NCBI GenBank assembly: GCA_963514005.1
Contig: OY740785.1
Location: 9,796,001 to 9,860,000 of the forward strand
Source of the DNA: Raja brachyura
Taxonomy: Eukaryota
DNA: 64,000 bases
Direction: 5' to 3'
The notes under the pieces are model-generated. The model worked only from the letters and a program-made list of their open reading frames with translations, was not told where the DNA came from and did not search any database. The position numbers were made by a program, and so were the translations under genes. This document shows positions 63,601-64,000 of this stretch, piece by piece. How positions within the stretch are numbered: the first letter of the stretch is position 1; the number at the start of each line of letters is the position of its first letter.

Positions 63601-64000
63601 CCTCCTATATTCTTAGTTTTTCTTCACTTTGCACATTGCCTGACCTGTAAGGAATTTAACGTTTTCTCATCTTTATTAAAAATTGCACAATTGCTGTGTT
63701 TTGTTTTTTTCATTCCCAGCACTATTTATCCTATCTCTAACCTTTCTGCACAGTCACTGCAGACAGATCAGCTGTGATTAACGTCTTTACTGCTGTGCTT
63801 CAGTTCACACCACTGCATTTGCATCACAGTCTCTCTTCATGTGCACCCTATCATATACAGAATATTCCCTATTGTTCCCGCCCTTCTTGCTTTCTTTTTT
63901 TTCCAATTGAAATTAATAACTCTGTTCCTTTTTCCACAGATACTGCCTGACATGCCAGATATTTCAAGTGTTTTCTGTTTTCATTTCAAGCAATTTGTTT

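Overview
Eukaryotic genomic DNA, most likely a cartilaginous fish (probably a skate/ray, inferred from HE1/V-SINE, CR1 and Penelope repeat types). The whole window lies inside one minus-strand gene, RIMS1 (RIM1 presynaptic active-zone protein). I reconstructed 14 frame-consistent GT-AG exons covering the PDZ domain, the C2A domain and the downstream alternatively spliced region, plus 2 probable cassette exons. The introns hold a full-length but decayed DIRS1-type tyrosine-recombinase retrotransposon with all terminal structures, a full-length decayed IR-DR Tc1 transposon, a Harbinger-type MITE nested in a CR1, a 5'-truncated L1 inside a minisatellite, a solo LTR, V-SINEs, many CR1/L2/RTE fragments, and a dense Penelope-derived repeat family carrying a minimal hammerhead-ribozyme-like core. 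Most short ORFs in the track are repeat-derived or spurious. I see no wholly new system. The best leads are the hammerhead-bearing Penelope repeats with clustered 5' ends, the DIRS integration core and possible intron, the RIMS1 cassette array with its splicing motifs, and a perfect 82-bp palindrome. All homology calls are from recalled sequences, not database searches.
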